Shown here: positions 49,454-59,965 of the stretch, piece after piece
Layout: each line of letters opens with the position of its first letter
How positions within the stretch are numbered: position 1 is the first letter of the stretch
Assembly: GCA_963796125.1 (NCBI GenBank)
Contig: CAWCKM010000045.1
Coordinates: forward strand, 30,226 to 94,225
Source of the DNA: Nitrospirota bacterium
GTDB lineage: Bacteria > Nitrospirota > Thermodesulfovibrionia > Thermodesulfovibrionales > SM23-35
Direction: 5' to 3'
Length of the DNA: 64,000 nucleotides
Notes under the pieces: model-generated
What the model was told of the DNA's origin: nothing
The model's database searches: none
What the model saw: only the letters and a program-made list of their open reading frames with translations
Position numbers and translations under genes: made by a program

Positions 49454-49693
49454 TTTAAAGGATGTACAGGCATTTAATATCCACGATATAGTCTCTTACG
49501 CTTGGGAGTTTGCATGAGAAGAAACCTAACCTTTTATAAAAACAACCTTATTATACAATAATTCCAAGAAACAACCTATGTAAACAATAATAGTTAAGAG
49601 ATTATGGCAGCTTCAGTATAGTTCCCTGCTGGATTTGCTCAGATAGTCAATACATTGACAATATGGGTCTTTTATGCAGAAAAAATGACAGCC

Positions 49694-50528
49694 TTACAGA
49701 GACTTGAAGAACTCATCAATCTCGGGCTTTGAAGCACAGAACTTTTCGCCAACTGAAAAGATATCGTCGTCTGTCAATGAATATTCAAGGAAGAGCACCT
49801 CATGTTCAGCTTTCCATGTGCTGTCATTTTCTCTTTTTGGACTGAACCGGCTGCAGATCGCCTCTGCAAGAGAGACAATGGAAACAGAATCCTTATAGAG
49901 TGTCGAGAGAGAGGGTTTATGATGGAACTGGATTGCTGAAATGATTTCAGGAGGAAGCTTGCTCTCCAGTGCAAACCATGCTCCTGCCTCTGCATGGGTG
50001 CATCCGAAAAGTTCTTTTTCTTTTTCTAATCTATCATGTGCAGATTCAATTTCGAGGAAATCTTTGAAGTTCATTTTATAAAAGATAATTCTTCCGATGT
50101 CATGAAGCAGGCCTGCAAGAAAACACTCGCGCGGGAGATGTCATAGATATGATTTCTGAAAGGGCTTCAGCAAAGAGTGCTACCTCATACCCATGGATCC
50201 ATAGGTTTTTGATATCGAATGAGCTATGAACAGGAAAAACATCCATTACGGTCATGCCGATGGCGATAGATTTTATTTTATTGAAGCCGAGGAACATAAT
50301 GGACTGCCTGATATCTTTTATTTCCCCTGAATGACCGAAAAAGGCAGAATTTGCAACCCTCAAAACCTTTTCTGCCAATGCCTGGTCATGTGAGATCACA
50401 GTATGAAGATCCTGAGTTGATGAACCCTCATCCTGGACAACAGACACTATTTTACTTAGGAGAACAGGGATAGTGGGGAGTTCTCTCATGCCCCTGATGA
50501 AACCTTTTACTTTGATAGCGTCCATCAT
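49694..50528 (-). pseudogene. HDOD domain protein, one frameshift near 50110-50140
   Basis: ORF 50100-50528 (ELPTIPVLLSKIVSVV...) and the frame of 49694-50074 extended upstream (ECFLAGLLHDIGRIIF...FGCTHAEAGAW...HHKP) form one HDOD protein. Confidence 0.75.
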
Positions 50529-50578
50529 ATACTTATACTTTCTTTATATTATATAAATCGAAACTTTGAGAAAATTCT

Positions 50579-51316
50579 TTAGACAAGGGAAAGAGAACCA
50601 ATCCCGGCTCTCAGTCTCATGAGAGCCTGGTTGTGCAACTGACATATCCGACCCTCGGTTAAGTTGAGCGCCTTTCCTATCTCCTTCATGGTCATTTCTT
50701 CCCAGTAGTAAAGGGAGAGGATGACCTTCTCTCTTTCCGGCAGCTTATCGATGAGATCTGCAAGCACCTCTTTTTTCTTGTTATCCTCGTACAGTTCCAG
50801 GGGGGTTTTCATATTCGGGTCAGGAATGCTCTCTTCAAGATCAAACCCGCTCTCGCTGCCTATTTTACTGTTGAACTCTTCAAATCGTAACATCATTCCG
50901 CTCTGGGCGCCCTGGAGAATTTTATAGTATTCATTAAGGGAAATATGCAGCTTTTCTGCAATTTCTTCAGCCTCTGGCAGACGTCCTTTCTCTCTCTCAA
51001 GTTCGAGGCATGCTTTCTCAACAGAGGCTATCTTTTTCTTCATGGATTTGGATATCCAGTCATGTGCCCTGAGTTCATCAAGCATTGCCCCTTTAATTCT
51101 GTATTCTACAAAGGTATTTATTCTTCCTTTTTCCTCTCTGTACCGGCTCAGAGCATCCAGAAGACCCATAATACCGACACTCATGAGGTCTTCCACCGTA
51201 AGTTGTGGAGGTAACCTCCACGCCAGTCTGTAAGAGGTGTATTTAATGAACGGAAGGAAATCTTCAATAATCTGTTCCTTTTCTTCTTCGCTGAAATCTT
51301 TCCTGTTTTGCACCAT
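50579..51316 (-). CDS. fliA: Flagellar sigma factor FliA (sigma-28)
   Basis: 245 aa. Sigma-70 regions 2, 3 and 4 (LMSVGIMGLLDA..., YYWEEMTMKEIGKALNLTEGRICQLH). Downstream of flhF-flhG. Confidence 0.92.
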   Translation of the reverse strand: MVQNRKDFSEEEKEQIIEDFLPFIKYTSYRLAWRLPPQLTVEDLMSVGIMGLLDALSRYREEKGRINTFVEYRIKGAMLDELRAHDWISKSMKKKIASVEKACLELEREKGRLPEAEEIAEKLHISLNEYYKILQGAQSGMMLRFEEFNSKIGSESGFDLEESIPDPNMKTPLELYEDNKKKEVLADLIDKLPEREKVILSLYYWEEMTMKEIGKALNLTEGRICQLHNQALMRLRAGIGSLSLV

Positions 51317-51319
51317 CTT

Positions 51320-52159
51320 TTACTGCGGAAGACCAGGAGATGCGGCAAGTAGATTTCCTATGAAAAACTGCAATGTCCCTTTGACATGGTTATTCGGATT
51401 GAGGACTTTTGTTGCGATTTTGTTAATCTGTCTCGCTGCAAGACTATTCGGATAAGCCTCAACAAAGGCCTTCTGAGCCTTTACTGCTTCCCGAACATCG
51501 GCATCACAGGGGATGTGTCCAAGGTAGTCGAGAGATATATTCAGAAATCTCTCAGTTACAAGAGAAAGTCTTCTGAAGACTTCGAACCCCTCTTGAGAGT
51601 TCCTTACGGAGTTTACGATGATGGAAAATTCTTTTTCCTGATATCTGGTACAGAGGACTTTAATCAATGCATAGGCATCTGTCAGGGCAGTTGGCTCTTG
51701 AGATGTGATAATGATAATCTCCTGTGCAGCAATACAGAAGAAAGCCACATTCTCTGAAATGCCAGTCGCTGTGTCGATGAGGAGGACATCTGCATTGCAG
51801 TCGAAGGAATCAAACTCTTCCAACATCCGTAATCTCTGGAATTCATTCAGGGCTGTCAGTTCCTGAACCCCTGAACTTGCAGGGAGTATCTTTACCCCCA
51901 TTGGGCCATCAATCAGGATGTCCTGCAGTCTCATCTCACCATTCAGTACATGCTGGATCGTGTATCGTGGTGCAACATTCAGCAGGACATCGATATTGCT
52001 GAGCCCAAGGTCAGCGTCCATGATGAGCACATCTTTACCGAGCTTCTTGAGAGCGATTGCAAGATTCGCAACTACATTGGTCTTTCCAACGCCACCTTTC
52101 CCGCTGGCAACAGCAATTGTCTTTACATATTTTTTCTTTTCCTGTTTGTCTTTCAGCAT
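51320..52159 (-). CDS. flhG: MinD/ParA-type flagellar number regulator FlhG (FleN/YlxH)
   Basis: Deviant Walker A ASGKGGVGKT. Positioned between flhF and fliA. Confidence 0.9.
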   Translation of the reverse strand: MLKDKQEKKKYVKTIAVASGKGGVGKTNVVANLAIALKKLGKDVLIMDADLGLSNIDVLLNVAPRYTIQHVLNGEMRLQDILIDGPMGVKILPASSGVQELTALNEFQRLRMLEEFDSFDCNADVLLIDTATGISENVAFFCIAAQEIIIITSQEPTALTDAYALIKVLCTRYQEKEFSIIVNSVRNSQEGFEVFRRLSLVTERFLNISLDYLGHIPCDADVREAVKAQKAFVEAYPNSLAARQINKIATKVLNPNNHVKGTLQFFIGNLLAASPGLPQ

Positions 52160-53343
52160 TCGTAATGCCCTTTCTTTAGGATGAGATTTGTAAGCTTATT
52201 TACGGTTACGAGTTCAATGTCGTCCGGGACTTTCTGTCCGGTCGTAATATATGAGATCGGCTTCTGACACGTGAGGAGGAGGTTATAAAGTGAACCGAAG
52301 CGCACAGCTTCGTCAACTTTTGTGAAAGCAATACAATCAATGGGGAGTCTGCTGTATTGACGATATGCCTCTGTAATGAATTCATCGTCATAGTTCGCGC
52401 TCATGAGCAGATGAGTTTCGAGGGGGAATTCGACCTGAGATATCTCAAGGAGGTCATTTATATGCATTTCATCTTTAGGATTTCTTCCTGAGGTATCGAT
52501 AAAGATGATGTCCCTGTTTTGTGCAAAATGTATCAGATGCTTTTTCAGTTCCCTGACATTAGCGCTCATAGCGAATGGTATGCCCATTATCTTCGAATAT
52601 ATTCTCACCTGTTCAATAGCTCCGATCCTGTATGAATCGAGACTCATCATGGCGACTTTTTTGCCCTCTCTTATTGCATGAGCCGAGAGCTTTGCCATGG
52701 TCGTCGTTTTTCCGACGCCGGTTGGCCCTATGAGCATGACAGCCTGTTTGTATTCCTGACCTTCGCCTGAATTTGGAGGTCCTCCGTTAAAAGTATTACA
52801 CGCTCTTATGTTGACATCAGCCGACAGTAAAGACGGGATATCATCTGCATTGCCTGCCTTTTCACAGAGGCGAAGTGCGAACTCCTCTTTCATGGACAGT
52901 TCCCTGAGAGATTGGAGCATCATCTTTTTGTGTGCCGGCAATGACATCATACGATCATCATGTTTCATGCCGGCGATCATCTTGCAGAGATTTCCAACCC
53001 CGTGCTGGATCTCATCAGTGAGTGTGGTTTTGAGGTATTGCAGTTCCTTTGACAGAAGACGGGGAGCACATACACCGGGAGATACGGGATGCCCATGATT
53101 TCCTGCCGTTGCCCCCGGTTTCTGCAGCACTCTGTTCTGCTCCCTTTTGCGGTTTCTCCTGTCAATCGTATTCTCAACCTTCTTGTTGTTCATCTCGTAA
53201 TCGACAGCAGCGGTGATCTCTACAAAGGATCTGATACCTTTACTTTCTTCTGTTGATAATATGACCGCATCCTCACTGAACTCTTTTTTCACTAAAGCCA
53301 GTGCCTCGGTGAATGTCTTTGCTTTGAATTTCTTAATCTTCAT
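52153..53343 (-). CDS. flhF: Flagellar biosynthesis GTPase FlhF
   Basis: SRP-type GTPase motifs (LIGPTGVGKTTT, DTSGR, TKVDE). Follows flhA. Confidence 0.88.
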   Translation of the reverse strand: MKIKKFKAKTFTEALALVKKEFSEDAVILSTEESKGIRSFVEITAAVDYEMNNKKVENTIDRRNRKREQNRVLQKPGATAGNHGHPVSPGVCAPRLLSKELQYLKTTLTDEIQHGVGNLCKMIAGMKHDDRMMSLPAHKKMMLQSLRELSMKEEFALRLCEKAGNADDIPSLLSADVNIRACNTFNGGPPNSGEGQEYKQAVMLIGPTGVGKTTTMAKLSAHAIREGKKVAMMSLDSYRIGAIEQVRIYSKIMGIPFAMSANVRELKKHLIHFAQNRDIIFIDTSGRNPKDEMHINDLLEISQVEFPLETHLLMSANYDDEFITEAYRQYSRLPIDCIAFTKVDEAVRFGSLYNLLLTCQKPISYITTGQKVPDDIELVTVNKLTNLILKKGHYEC

Positions 53344-55360
53344 ATCTCAGTACCCCTGTTATAGAGAGTTTAACTGACGGCGATATTTCAGCATTTGAAA
53401 GAATGATCAGTGACGGGACAAGCCTCTCAGTTATTTTTCTGAGAAATCTCCTGACGTGTGCGGAGCAGAGTATAACCGGGCAGGCACCTTTCAGGGTATC
53501 TCTTAGAGTATTTTCTATAGCCCTGATTAACTTGCCTACCATGTCAGGGCTTATGACGCCACTTGCCTCGATAGCTTGTGAAAGCTCCTTTTCAAACCGT
53601 GGATCCAGCGTCATAACTTTCATATCTCCGGCAGCGGACACATACTGCTTTGTTATAAAACGTGACAGAGACTGTCTCACATATTCTGTGAGTATCTCCG
53701 GGTCTTTCGTGGAAGCTGAATAATCGAGGAGGGTTTCGAGTATAGTCACTTTGTCATTTATTGCCACTCTCTCTTTCAGGAGATTCTGGAAGACCCTTTG
53801 TACACTGCCCAGGGTCATTTGTGTAGGGATAAGCTCGTCAACAAGCTTCGGATAATTCCTTGTGACATTGTCCAGTAAATTCTGCACCTCTGTTCTTGTT
53901 AAGAGTTCCCAGGCATGAGCCTTCACCATTTCTGTCAGATGTGTCGCTATGACAGTAGCAGGATCTACAACCATATACCCTCTCACCTGGGCCTTTTCCA
54001 TTTCTTTTTCGCTGATCCAGTAAGCAGGCAGGCCGAAGGCGGGTTCTTTGGTCGGTAACCCCTCTATTGGTTCTCCTTTTGCTGATGAGACAGCAAGATA
54101 ATGCCCCATCATTACTTCACCTCTTCCAACCTCGATGCCCCTCATGAGAAAACTGTACTCATGCGGTCTGAGCTGCAAATTGTCCTTTATGTGAACAGGA
54201 GGGATAACAAAACCAAGTTCATGAGCAAGTTGTCTCCGTATGGCTTTTATTTTATTGAGGAGTTCAGCTTTGCCGGAGTCAACGAGTGGTATGAGTCCGT
54301 AACCAATCTCGAAGGTCAGAGGTTCAATTTCCATGAAGGTCTCAAGAGAAGGCTCCTGCATCACCGTGTCTGCCTTATCCTCTTTTTCTTCCATTACCGG
54401 TTTTGTCAGAGCATATGCCAGGGCGCCTGATGCTGCCGCGAGGAGGAAAAAGGGAACATGGGGGAGTCCTGGCACTAAGGCAAGGATAAGCATTACTCCT
54501 GAAGCGGTTCCGAGGGTCTTCGGATTCAAGAGGATCTGTTGTGAAATATCTTTCCCGAGGTCTGTTTCAACTCCTGCGCGGCTTACAACAATACCTGCTG
54601 CTGTTGAAACGAGAAGAGCCGGCATCTGGCATACGAGGCCATCACCTATCGTCAATATGGTAAAAGTCTTCGCTGCCTCTGAAATAGCCATGCCTTTTTG
54701 AAGAGTGCCTATCATGAAACCGACAACAATATTGATACCCGTAATGATTAACCCTGCAATAGCATCCCCCCTGACAAACTTACTTGCACCGTCCATGGCC
54801 CCGTAGAAATCAGACTCCTGGGCAATAAGAGCCCGTCTCCTCTTAGCCTCTGCTTCATCAATAAGGCCTGAATTCAGGTCCGCATCTATTGCCATCTGCT
54901 TTCCTGGCATTGCATCAAGGGTAAAACGCGCTGCTACCTCTGCAATTCTTCCGGACCCCTTTGTTATGACTACAAAATTGACCACTACGAGGATGAGAAA
55001 GACAGTGAGCCCCACAGCATAGTTCCCACCCACAACAAAGTTGCCGAAAGATTTTATTACCTGTCCTGCAGCATCTATGCCTTCATTCCCCCTGAGGAGG
55101 ATTAATCGTGTGGATGCTACATTCAGGGATAGTCTATAGAGGGTTGCTATGAGGAGAATGGAAGGAAATACTGAGAAATCCAGGGGTTTTTTAATGTAGA
55201 TACTTGTTATGATTATCACGATCGACAGTGCTATTGAAAATGACAGGAACATGTCAAGAGCAAAAGGAGGGATAGGGAGGATCATGACACCTAAAATTGT
55301 CACTACAGCTATAGCGACTATGATATCGCCGCGCTGTTTTATCAAGGTAAGGAAATTCAT
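53333..55360 (-). CDS. flhA: Flagellar export apparatus protein FlhA
   Basis: 675 aa. Conserved TM region with the FHIPEP motif region and a cytoplasmic domain. Confidence 0.97.
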   Translation of the reverse strand: MNFLTLIKQRGDIIVAIAVVTILGVMILPIPPFALDMFLSFSIALSIVIIITSIYIKKPLDFSVFPSILLIATLYRLSLNVASTRLILLRGNEGIDAAGQVIKSFGNFVVGGNYAVGLTVFLILVVVNFVVITKGSGRIAEVAARFTLDAMPGKQMAIDADLNSGLIDEAEAKRRRALIAQESDFYGAMDGASKFVRGDAIAGLIITGINIVVGFMIGTLQKGMAISEAAKTFTILTIGDGLVCQMPALLVSTAAGIVVSRAGVETDLGKDISQQILLNPKTLGTASGVMLILALVPGLPHVPFFLLAAASGALAYALTKPVMEEKEDKADTVMQEPSLETFMEIEPLTFEIGYGLIPLVDSGKAELLNKIKAIRRQLAHELGFVIPPVHIKDNLQLRPHEYSFLMRGIEVGRGEVMMGHYLAVSSAKGEPIEGLPTKEPAFGLPAYWISEKEMEKAQVRGYMVVDPATVIATHLTEMVKAHAWELLTRTEVQNLLDNVTRNYPKLVDELIPTQMTLGSVQRVFQNLLKERVAINDKVTILETLLDYSASTKDPEILTEYVRQSLSRFITKQYVSAAGDMKVMTLDPRFEKELSQAIEASGVISPDMVGKLIRAIENTLRDTLKGACPVILCSAHVRRFLRKITERLVPSLIILSNAEISPSVKLSITGVLRYED

Positions 55361-55373
55361 TCTCCGGTAACCC

Positions 55374-56408
55374 TCATGCGATGCCCCTCAATTGGTAGAT
55401 ATATGCCAGTATTTTTGCCACTGCTCTGTACAGTTCCCCTGGAATGGACGAATTGATTTTAAGCTTGTAGAGAGCTCTTGCCAGTGGCTTATCCTCAACA
55501 ATGGGGACACCATATTTCCGGGCTATCTCTTTTATTTTTTCTGCTATGAACCCGGCGCCTTTTGCAATAACCTTCGGCGCTGACATTTCGTCTTTCTTAT
55601 ATTTCAGGGCAACAGCAATGTGGGTCGGGTTTGTTATAACAACGGTTGCCTTTGGAACTTCCTGCATCATCCGTTGCCTTGCAATCTCTTTCTGGAGACT
55701 TTTTATCCGTGCTTTGATGTGAGGATCACCTTCTGTTTCTCTATATTCTTCCTTTATCTCTTCCCTCGTCATCCTGAGATTACGCTCAAAACTCCATCTT
55801 TCATAGAGATAATCAATAGCTGCGAGGATGAAAAAGAGAGTAAAGGCGTATAGTACAGACCTGGCTATGAGTTTACCGGCAACTCCCTGTAAATGGATGA
55901 CGTCCATAGCTGCTGTGAAAGGGAGGACAATGAGCATTTTCTTGATAAGGTAGAAAAAAAGTACCCCTCCTAAAGAGAATTTTAGGAGGCTTTTCAGAAA
56001 CTCCACAAGCCCATGCCTTGAAAAAATCCTCTTCAGTCCATTTACAGGATTAAGTCTCTCCATCTCAATGTTCAGCGGCCGGACAAGGAGACCCCCCTGC
56101 ATCACCCCTGATACCAGAGCGAAGGCGACCGTAAGTCCCAGAAAGGGCGTCATCATCTTCATTGTTTCAGTTGCTGTAAGTTTCATAACAGCCAACGGGT
56201 CTTTTCCGCACTGAAGACTGAGAAGCTTCCCTGTCATAACAGATATGCTCTTGATAAAAGCGTCTCCTGCAAAATAGAAAGCAAGGATGATTCCAGCCAT
56301 GGCAGCCAGTGAAATGATTTCACGGCTTCTTGCAGTTTGACCCTTCTCTTTTGCCCTCTGTCGTTTTCTGGGTGTTGCCTGTTCTGTTCTTTCTTCATAT
56401 TCCGGCAT
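55374..56408 (-). CDS. flhB: Flagellar export switch protein FlhB
   Basis: 344 aa. N-terminal EERTEQATPRKRQRAKEKGQ and the NPTH autocleavage site (VVITNPTHIAVAL). Confidence 0.95.
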   Translation of the reverse strand: MPEYEERTEQATPRKRQRAKEKGQTARSREIISLAAMAGIILAFYFAGDAFIKSISVMTGKLLSLQCGKDPLAVMKLTATETMKMMTPFLGLTVAFALVSGVMQGGLLVRPLNIEMERLNPVNGLKRIFSRHGLVEFLKSLLKFSLGGVLFFYLIKKMLIVLPFTAAMDVIHLQGVAGKLIARSVLYAFTLFFILAAIDYLYERWSFERNLRMTREEIKEEYRETEGDPHIKARIKSLQKEIARQRMMQEVPKATVVITNPTHIAVALKYKKDEMSAPKVIAKGAGFIAEKIKEIARKYGVPIVEDKPLARALYKLKINSSIPGELYRAVAKILAYIYQLRGIA

Positions 56409-56410
56409 GA

Positions 56411-57173
56411 CTACCCTCGCGCTATGGCGATAACCCTTATCATTTCATCTTTGATGCCGTTTAAATACCCGCCGATTACATGGGTAAAAACGGGGATGCC
56501 AATGAGAATCACCACAAATCCGACAAAAATGTATACAGGATATCCGATGAAAAAAATATTCATCTGAGGAGCGGCCTTATAGATAAATCCGAGAAGTAAA
56601 CTCGAAATGAACATGGCTATAACGACAGGTGCGCTGATCTTTAAAGCAATAAGGAATATCTTCCCGCTTACTGAGACAACTTCAGTGACAAGATTCTGTA
56701 TAGTTAAAATATTTATATGTCCTCCGGGGAGCCATTCATAACTTTTGACAAGAGACGTAGATGAGATCATGATGGGCATCCATAGCAAGGAAAATGAGTA
56801 TGGCCATCATTCCGTAGAACCTTGCTATCTCAGTTGATTGGCCAAAATCAGGATTAAAGATGGTCGCGATGGACAACCCCATGGCATTGCTTACCACCTG
56901 CCCGGCCATTTCTACTGCAAAAAATATAAACCGTGCAGTCAGACCGAGGGTAATTCCAACGACGACTTCGTGCATTACGGTAAGAGGTATCCCTGTTTTT
57001 GAGATATTCAGTTCCACGATGGGCGTCAGAACAAGAGCTATAGCAATGACAAAGCCTATCTTAAACTGTGCAGGGAAATTCTTGCTGCCGAAGAATGGGA
57101 GGAGACTTATAACAATCCCTGCCCTCAGAAGGATAAAGAGGAAGTTATAAATGTATTTTTCAAAAATATCCAT
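56411..57173 (-). pseudogene. fliR: Flagellar export protein FliR, one frameshift near 56740-56790
   Basis: ORFs 56736-57173 and 56411-56788 carry the N- and C-terminal halves of the FliR polytopic membrane protein in different frames. Confidence 0.88.
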
Positions 57174-57275
57174 GGTTTAATGCCAGATCCTAAATACTAA
57201 GCACAGAATTCCAAACAAATCCTAAATTCAAATGCCTTGTACATACTAATAAGTTCATAGGTAATGTCTCATGAT

Positions 57276-57339
57276 TGTCATTCCCGCTTGTCGGGAATCT
57301 TTCTGAAAGAAGAAGGATTCTGGACAAGCCAGAATGACA
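57276..57339. repeat. Nested-hairpin palindromic element (64 bp), second copy of the family
   Basis: Outer TGTCATTC...GAATGACA. Hairpins ATTCCCG-CTTGT-CGGGAAT and ATTCTGG-ACAAG-CCAGAAT. Lies in the 250-nt fliQ-fliR gap. Confidence 0.85.
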
Positions 57340-57423
57340 TAATGGCTGTTAAATATAGTTTTACTAATGAACTTGTGCATATCAATTGTTTATGATTCAG
57401 GATTTTGAAATTAGCATTTCTTT

Positions 57424-57693
57424 TCACTTTATATATATCGGTATCTTTTCGATTATGTTCGTGGTAAAGGTTATCAAGACCTTGGATATCCACGGGAAAA
57501 AAATGAACAGGCACAGGAATACAGCTATTATCTTCGGTACAAATGTTAAGGTAAATTCCTGAATCTGGGTTACGGCCTGGAAAAGGCTTATAATCAGTCC
57601 TACCAGCATGCTTACCAAGAGCGCAGGTCCGGAGACAAGGAGGATAGTTTTGAACACCTCGGCAGAAAGTTCTTTGACCATATCTATCGTCAT
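57424..57693 (-). CDS. fliQ: Flagellar export protein FliQ
   Basis: Start set at MTIDMVKEL (ATGA overlap with the fliP stop). 89 aa with two TM helices, typical of FliQ. Confidence 0.9.
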   Translation of the reverse strand: MTIDMVKELSAEVFKTILLVSGPALLVSMLVGLIISLFQAVTQIQEFTLTFVPKIIAVFLCLFIFFPWISKVLITFTTNIIEKIPIYIK

Positions 57694-58322
57694 TGGAAAC
57701 TCCTTACAATAGAACCGACAACAAGGTTCCATCCATCAACAAGCACAAAGAGGAGCAGTTTGAAGGGAAGAGATATGAGTACAGGAGGGAGCATCATCAT
57801 CCCCATAGAGAGGAGTATGCTGGATACGACCATATCGATAACCAGGAAAGGCAAGTATATGAGGAAGCCGATTTCAAAAGCTGTTTTCAGTTCACTGATA
57901 GCAAAGGCCGGCACAACGATCTTCAGGGGAAGCTCAGAAGGACTTTCGTGCCTTTTTTCCTTTGCAATCGAGGAAAATAAAGCCAGGTCCTTTTGTCTCG
58001 TCTGCTTTAACATGAAACCCTTGACGGACGGTTCGGCCCTCTTAAAGGCCTCCTGAATGGTTATCTGTTTCGCCATATAAGGGTTGATGGCATCCTGTGT
58101 TATTGCATCTATTGTCGGAGACATGATGAAAAAGGTAAGAAATATAGCGAGCCCTATGATCACGGGATTGGGTGGTATCTGCTGGCCACCGAGAGCCTGG
58201 CGAAGAAAGGAGAGTACGACAACGATCCGCGTGAAGGAAGTAAACATGATGAGTATCGCAGGGAGAAGAGACAGGAAACTGATGAAGAGAAAGATTTCTA
58301 CAAGGTGGTTATCGATGTTCAT
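57690..58322 (-). CDS. fliP: Flagellar export protein FliP
   Basis: [19 protein letters not shown] and [14 protein letters not shown] FliP signature regions. Confidence 0.95.
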   Translation of the reverse strand: MNIDNHLVEIFLFISFLSLLPAILIMFTSFTRIVVVLSFLRQALGGQQIPPNPVIIGLAIFLTFFIMSPTIDAITQDAINPYMAKQITIQEAFKRAEPSVKGFMLKQTRQKDLALFSSIAKEKRHESPSELPLKIVVPAFAISELKTAFEIGFLIYLPFLVIDMVVSSILLSMGMMMLPPVLISLPFKLLLFVLVDGWNLVVGSIVRSFQ

Positions 58323-58636
58323 TTTTCGTTGAGCAGTTTCTTGATGTTCCTTAGTTTATGCAGTTTTTCGTTGATGTCCTTTATGAGTTCCGGATCCAGT
58401 TCATTTTCATCGAAGGTCTTTAGCAGTTTGAGATCCGTAGAGGTGACCCCGACGAGGAGTATCTCAGTTCCTATCTTGAGAGCAGCGATGCCTTTTTTGG
58501 GTCCGAATGACTGATAGGTAAGAACAGTCATAAGGGAAGATTTGCTCTGCTTTCTTTTCAGGATGGTTGCCATGATGAAGATCACCCCAATGACAGCAAC
58601 AAGAGCGACTATCATCTGAAGGTATGTGCCTATCAC
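58319..58636 (-). CDS. fliO: FliO-like flagellar protein
   Basis: 105 aa with a single N-terminal TM helix. Sits between fliN and fliP with overlapping stops and starts. Confidence 0.6.
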   Translation of the reverse strand: MIGTYLQMIVALVAVIGVIFIMATILKRKQSKSSLMTVLTYQSFGPKKGIAALKIGTEILLVGVTSTDLKLLKTFDENELDPELIKDINEKLHKLRNIKKLLNEK

Positions 58637-58986
58637 TTGAGCTGTTTAATCCTTTCTGAAGGACTGATGATGTCTGTCAATCTCACCCCGAGTTTTTCAT
58701 TTACCACTACCACTTCACCCCTTGCCACTAACTTATTATTGACGAGTATCTCCATTGGTTCGCCTGCAAGCTTATCGAGCTCGACAACAGAACCATGACC
58801 GAGCTGTAACAGGTCTTTGATGAGCATTTTTGTCTTTCCCAGATGAACGGTTAGCTCAAGGGGAATGTCAAGGAGAAACCCCATATCCCTTGTGGGAGAC
58901 TGCTCTGTTTTCTCATTTGTTTCTGTTTTTTCAGCCTTTAATTCCTCGAATTTTTCTCCTTCTGTCATCGCCTGTTTCTGAGTCAT
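58633..58986 (-). CDS. fliN: Flagellar motor switch protein FliN
   Basis: C-terminal SpoA domain: LLDIPLELTVHLGKTKMLIKDLLQLGHGSVVELDKLAGEPMEILVNNKLVARGEVVVV. Confidence 0.9.
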   Translation of the reverse strand: MTQKQAMTEGEKFEELKAEKTETNEKTEQSPTRDMGFLLDIPLELTVHLGKTKMLIKDLLQLGHGSVVELDKLAGEPMEILVNNKLVARGEVVVVNEKLGVRLTDIISPSERIKQLK

Positions 58987-58999
58987 GAAAAACTCCTTT

Positions 59000-59965
59000 T
59001 CATTCTATTGTTATTTTGATTGCCTGATTTCCCTGACTGTAGCCAGGCATGCCCCGAAACTTCGGGACGCCTTCAACTTTGATTACTGATTTATCAGAGG
59101 GAGATTTCCCAAGGTTTATTACACTGCCTGTGTCAAGGTTCATAAGGTTGCCAAAGGTAATTTCTGCGGTCCCAAGCTCTGCTGTGACCTCAACAGGTGA
59201 ATCCATGATAACTTCCTTGAATGTCGCAATCCATTTCTGGTCAACATCAACTTTTTCAGCCTGAATTACTGAACAGAACTTGTCCTTTACAGGCTCTATC
59301 ATGGCATAGGGGATACAGAGGAAAAGCTTTCCCGTAAAATCATCCACTTTTACATGCATCTCTATCTTTATGATGACATCACTGTGAGCTACGATCGTCA
59401 CAAATTGCAGATTCATTTCAGAGCCGACATGTTCAGGCCGGATTGGTATAATCTCATTCCATGCAGTGGACAAATCATGTAATGCTATGGTAACTACCCG
59501 TTTGATCACACGCTGCTCGATAGATGTAAATGATTTTTCCTCAGCGATGTTGTATTGCTTGCCGTTGCCCCCGAAAAAAAACTCCACAAAGGCAAAAACA
59601 AGAGGGACTTCCAACACCAGAAGTGCATGACCTTTCAGGGGTTCCATCTTGAAAATATTGATGCTCGAGGGGGAAGGGATGATTTTCATGAATTCACTAA
59701 ATGTGAGGGTTTCTACCTTGTGACTACTTACATCTACAGGCCTCATCATGAGGGACGAAACAGAATTTCTGAAAGACTTCACAAACCTCTCAATGACAAG
59801 TTCTAATCGCGGCATCTTCCCCTGGAGGACATGTTCCTGACGTGTGAGATCATACGGCCTCACATCAGAGAGTGCTTTCTTCTTTGCAGTTTCAGTATCT
59901 ATGTCACCTGATTGCACTCCATTGAGGAGAGCATTCAGTTCGTCCTGCGAGAGTATAGGGTTCAT
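59000..59965 (-). CDS. fliM: Flagellar motor switch protein FliM
   Basis: N-terminal LSQDELNALL CheY-P-binding motif. 321 aa with a C-terminal SpoA-like domain. Confidence 0.92.
   Translation of the reverse strand: MNPILSQDELNALLNGVQSGDIDTETAKKKALSDVRPYDLTRQEHVLQGKMPRLELVIERFVKSFRNSVSSLMMRPVDVSSHKVETLTFSEFMKIIPSPSSINIFKMEPLKGHALLVLEVPLVFAFVEFFFGGNGKQYNIAEEKSFTSIEQRVIKRVVTIALHDLSTAWNEIIPIRPEHVGSEMNLQFVTIVAHSDVIIKIEMHVKVDDFTGKLFLCIPYAMIEPVKDKFCSVIQAEKVDVDQKWIATFKEVIMDSPVEVTAELGTAEITFGNLMNLDTGSVINLGKSPSDKSVIKVEGVPKFRGMPGYSQGNQAIKITIE

Noticed and set aside
1836-57173. Programmed ribosomal frameshifting as the explanation for the split genes
   Set aside because: None of the affected families (birA, folP, rfaE, motB, flgG and others) is known to use programmed frameshifting. 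The junctions lack conserved slippery heptamer plus structure arrangements, and several sit at simple homopolymers typical of indel errors.
57278-57514. 78-aa ORF in the fliQ-fliR gap
   Set aside because: Its C-terminal part is translated palindromic repeat (...FRKIPDKRE) and its N-terminus overlaps fliQ in another frame. It has no family resemblance.
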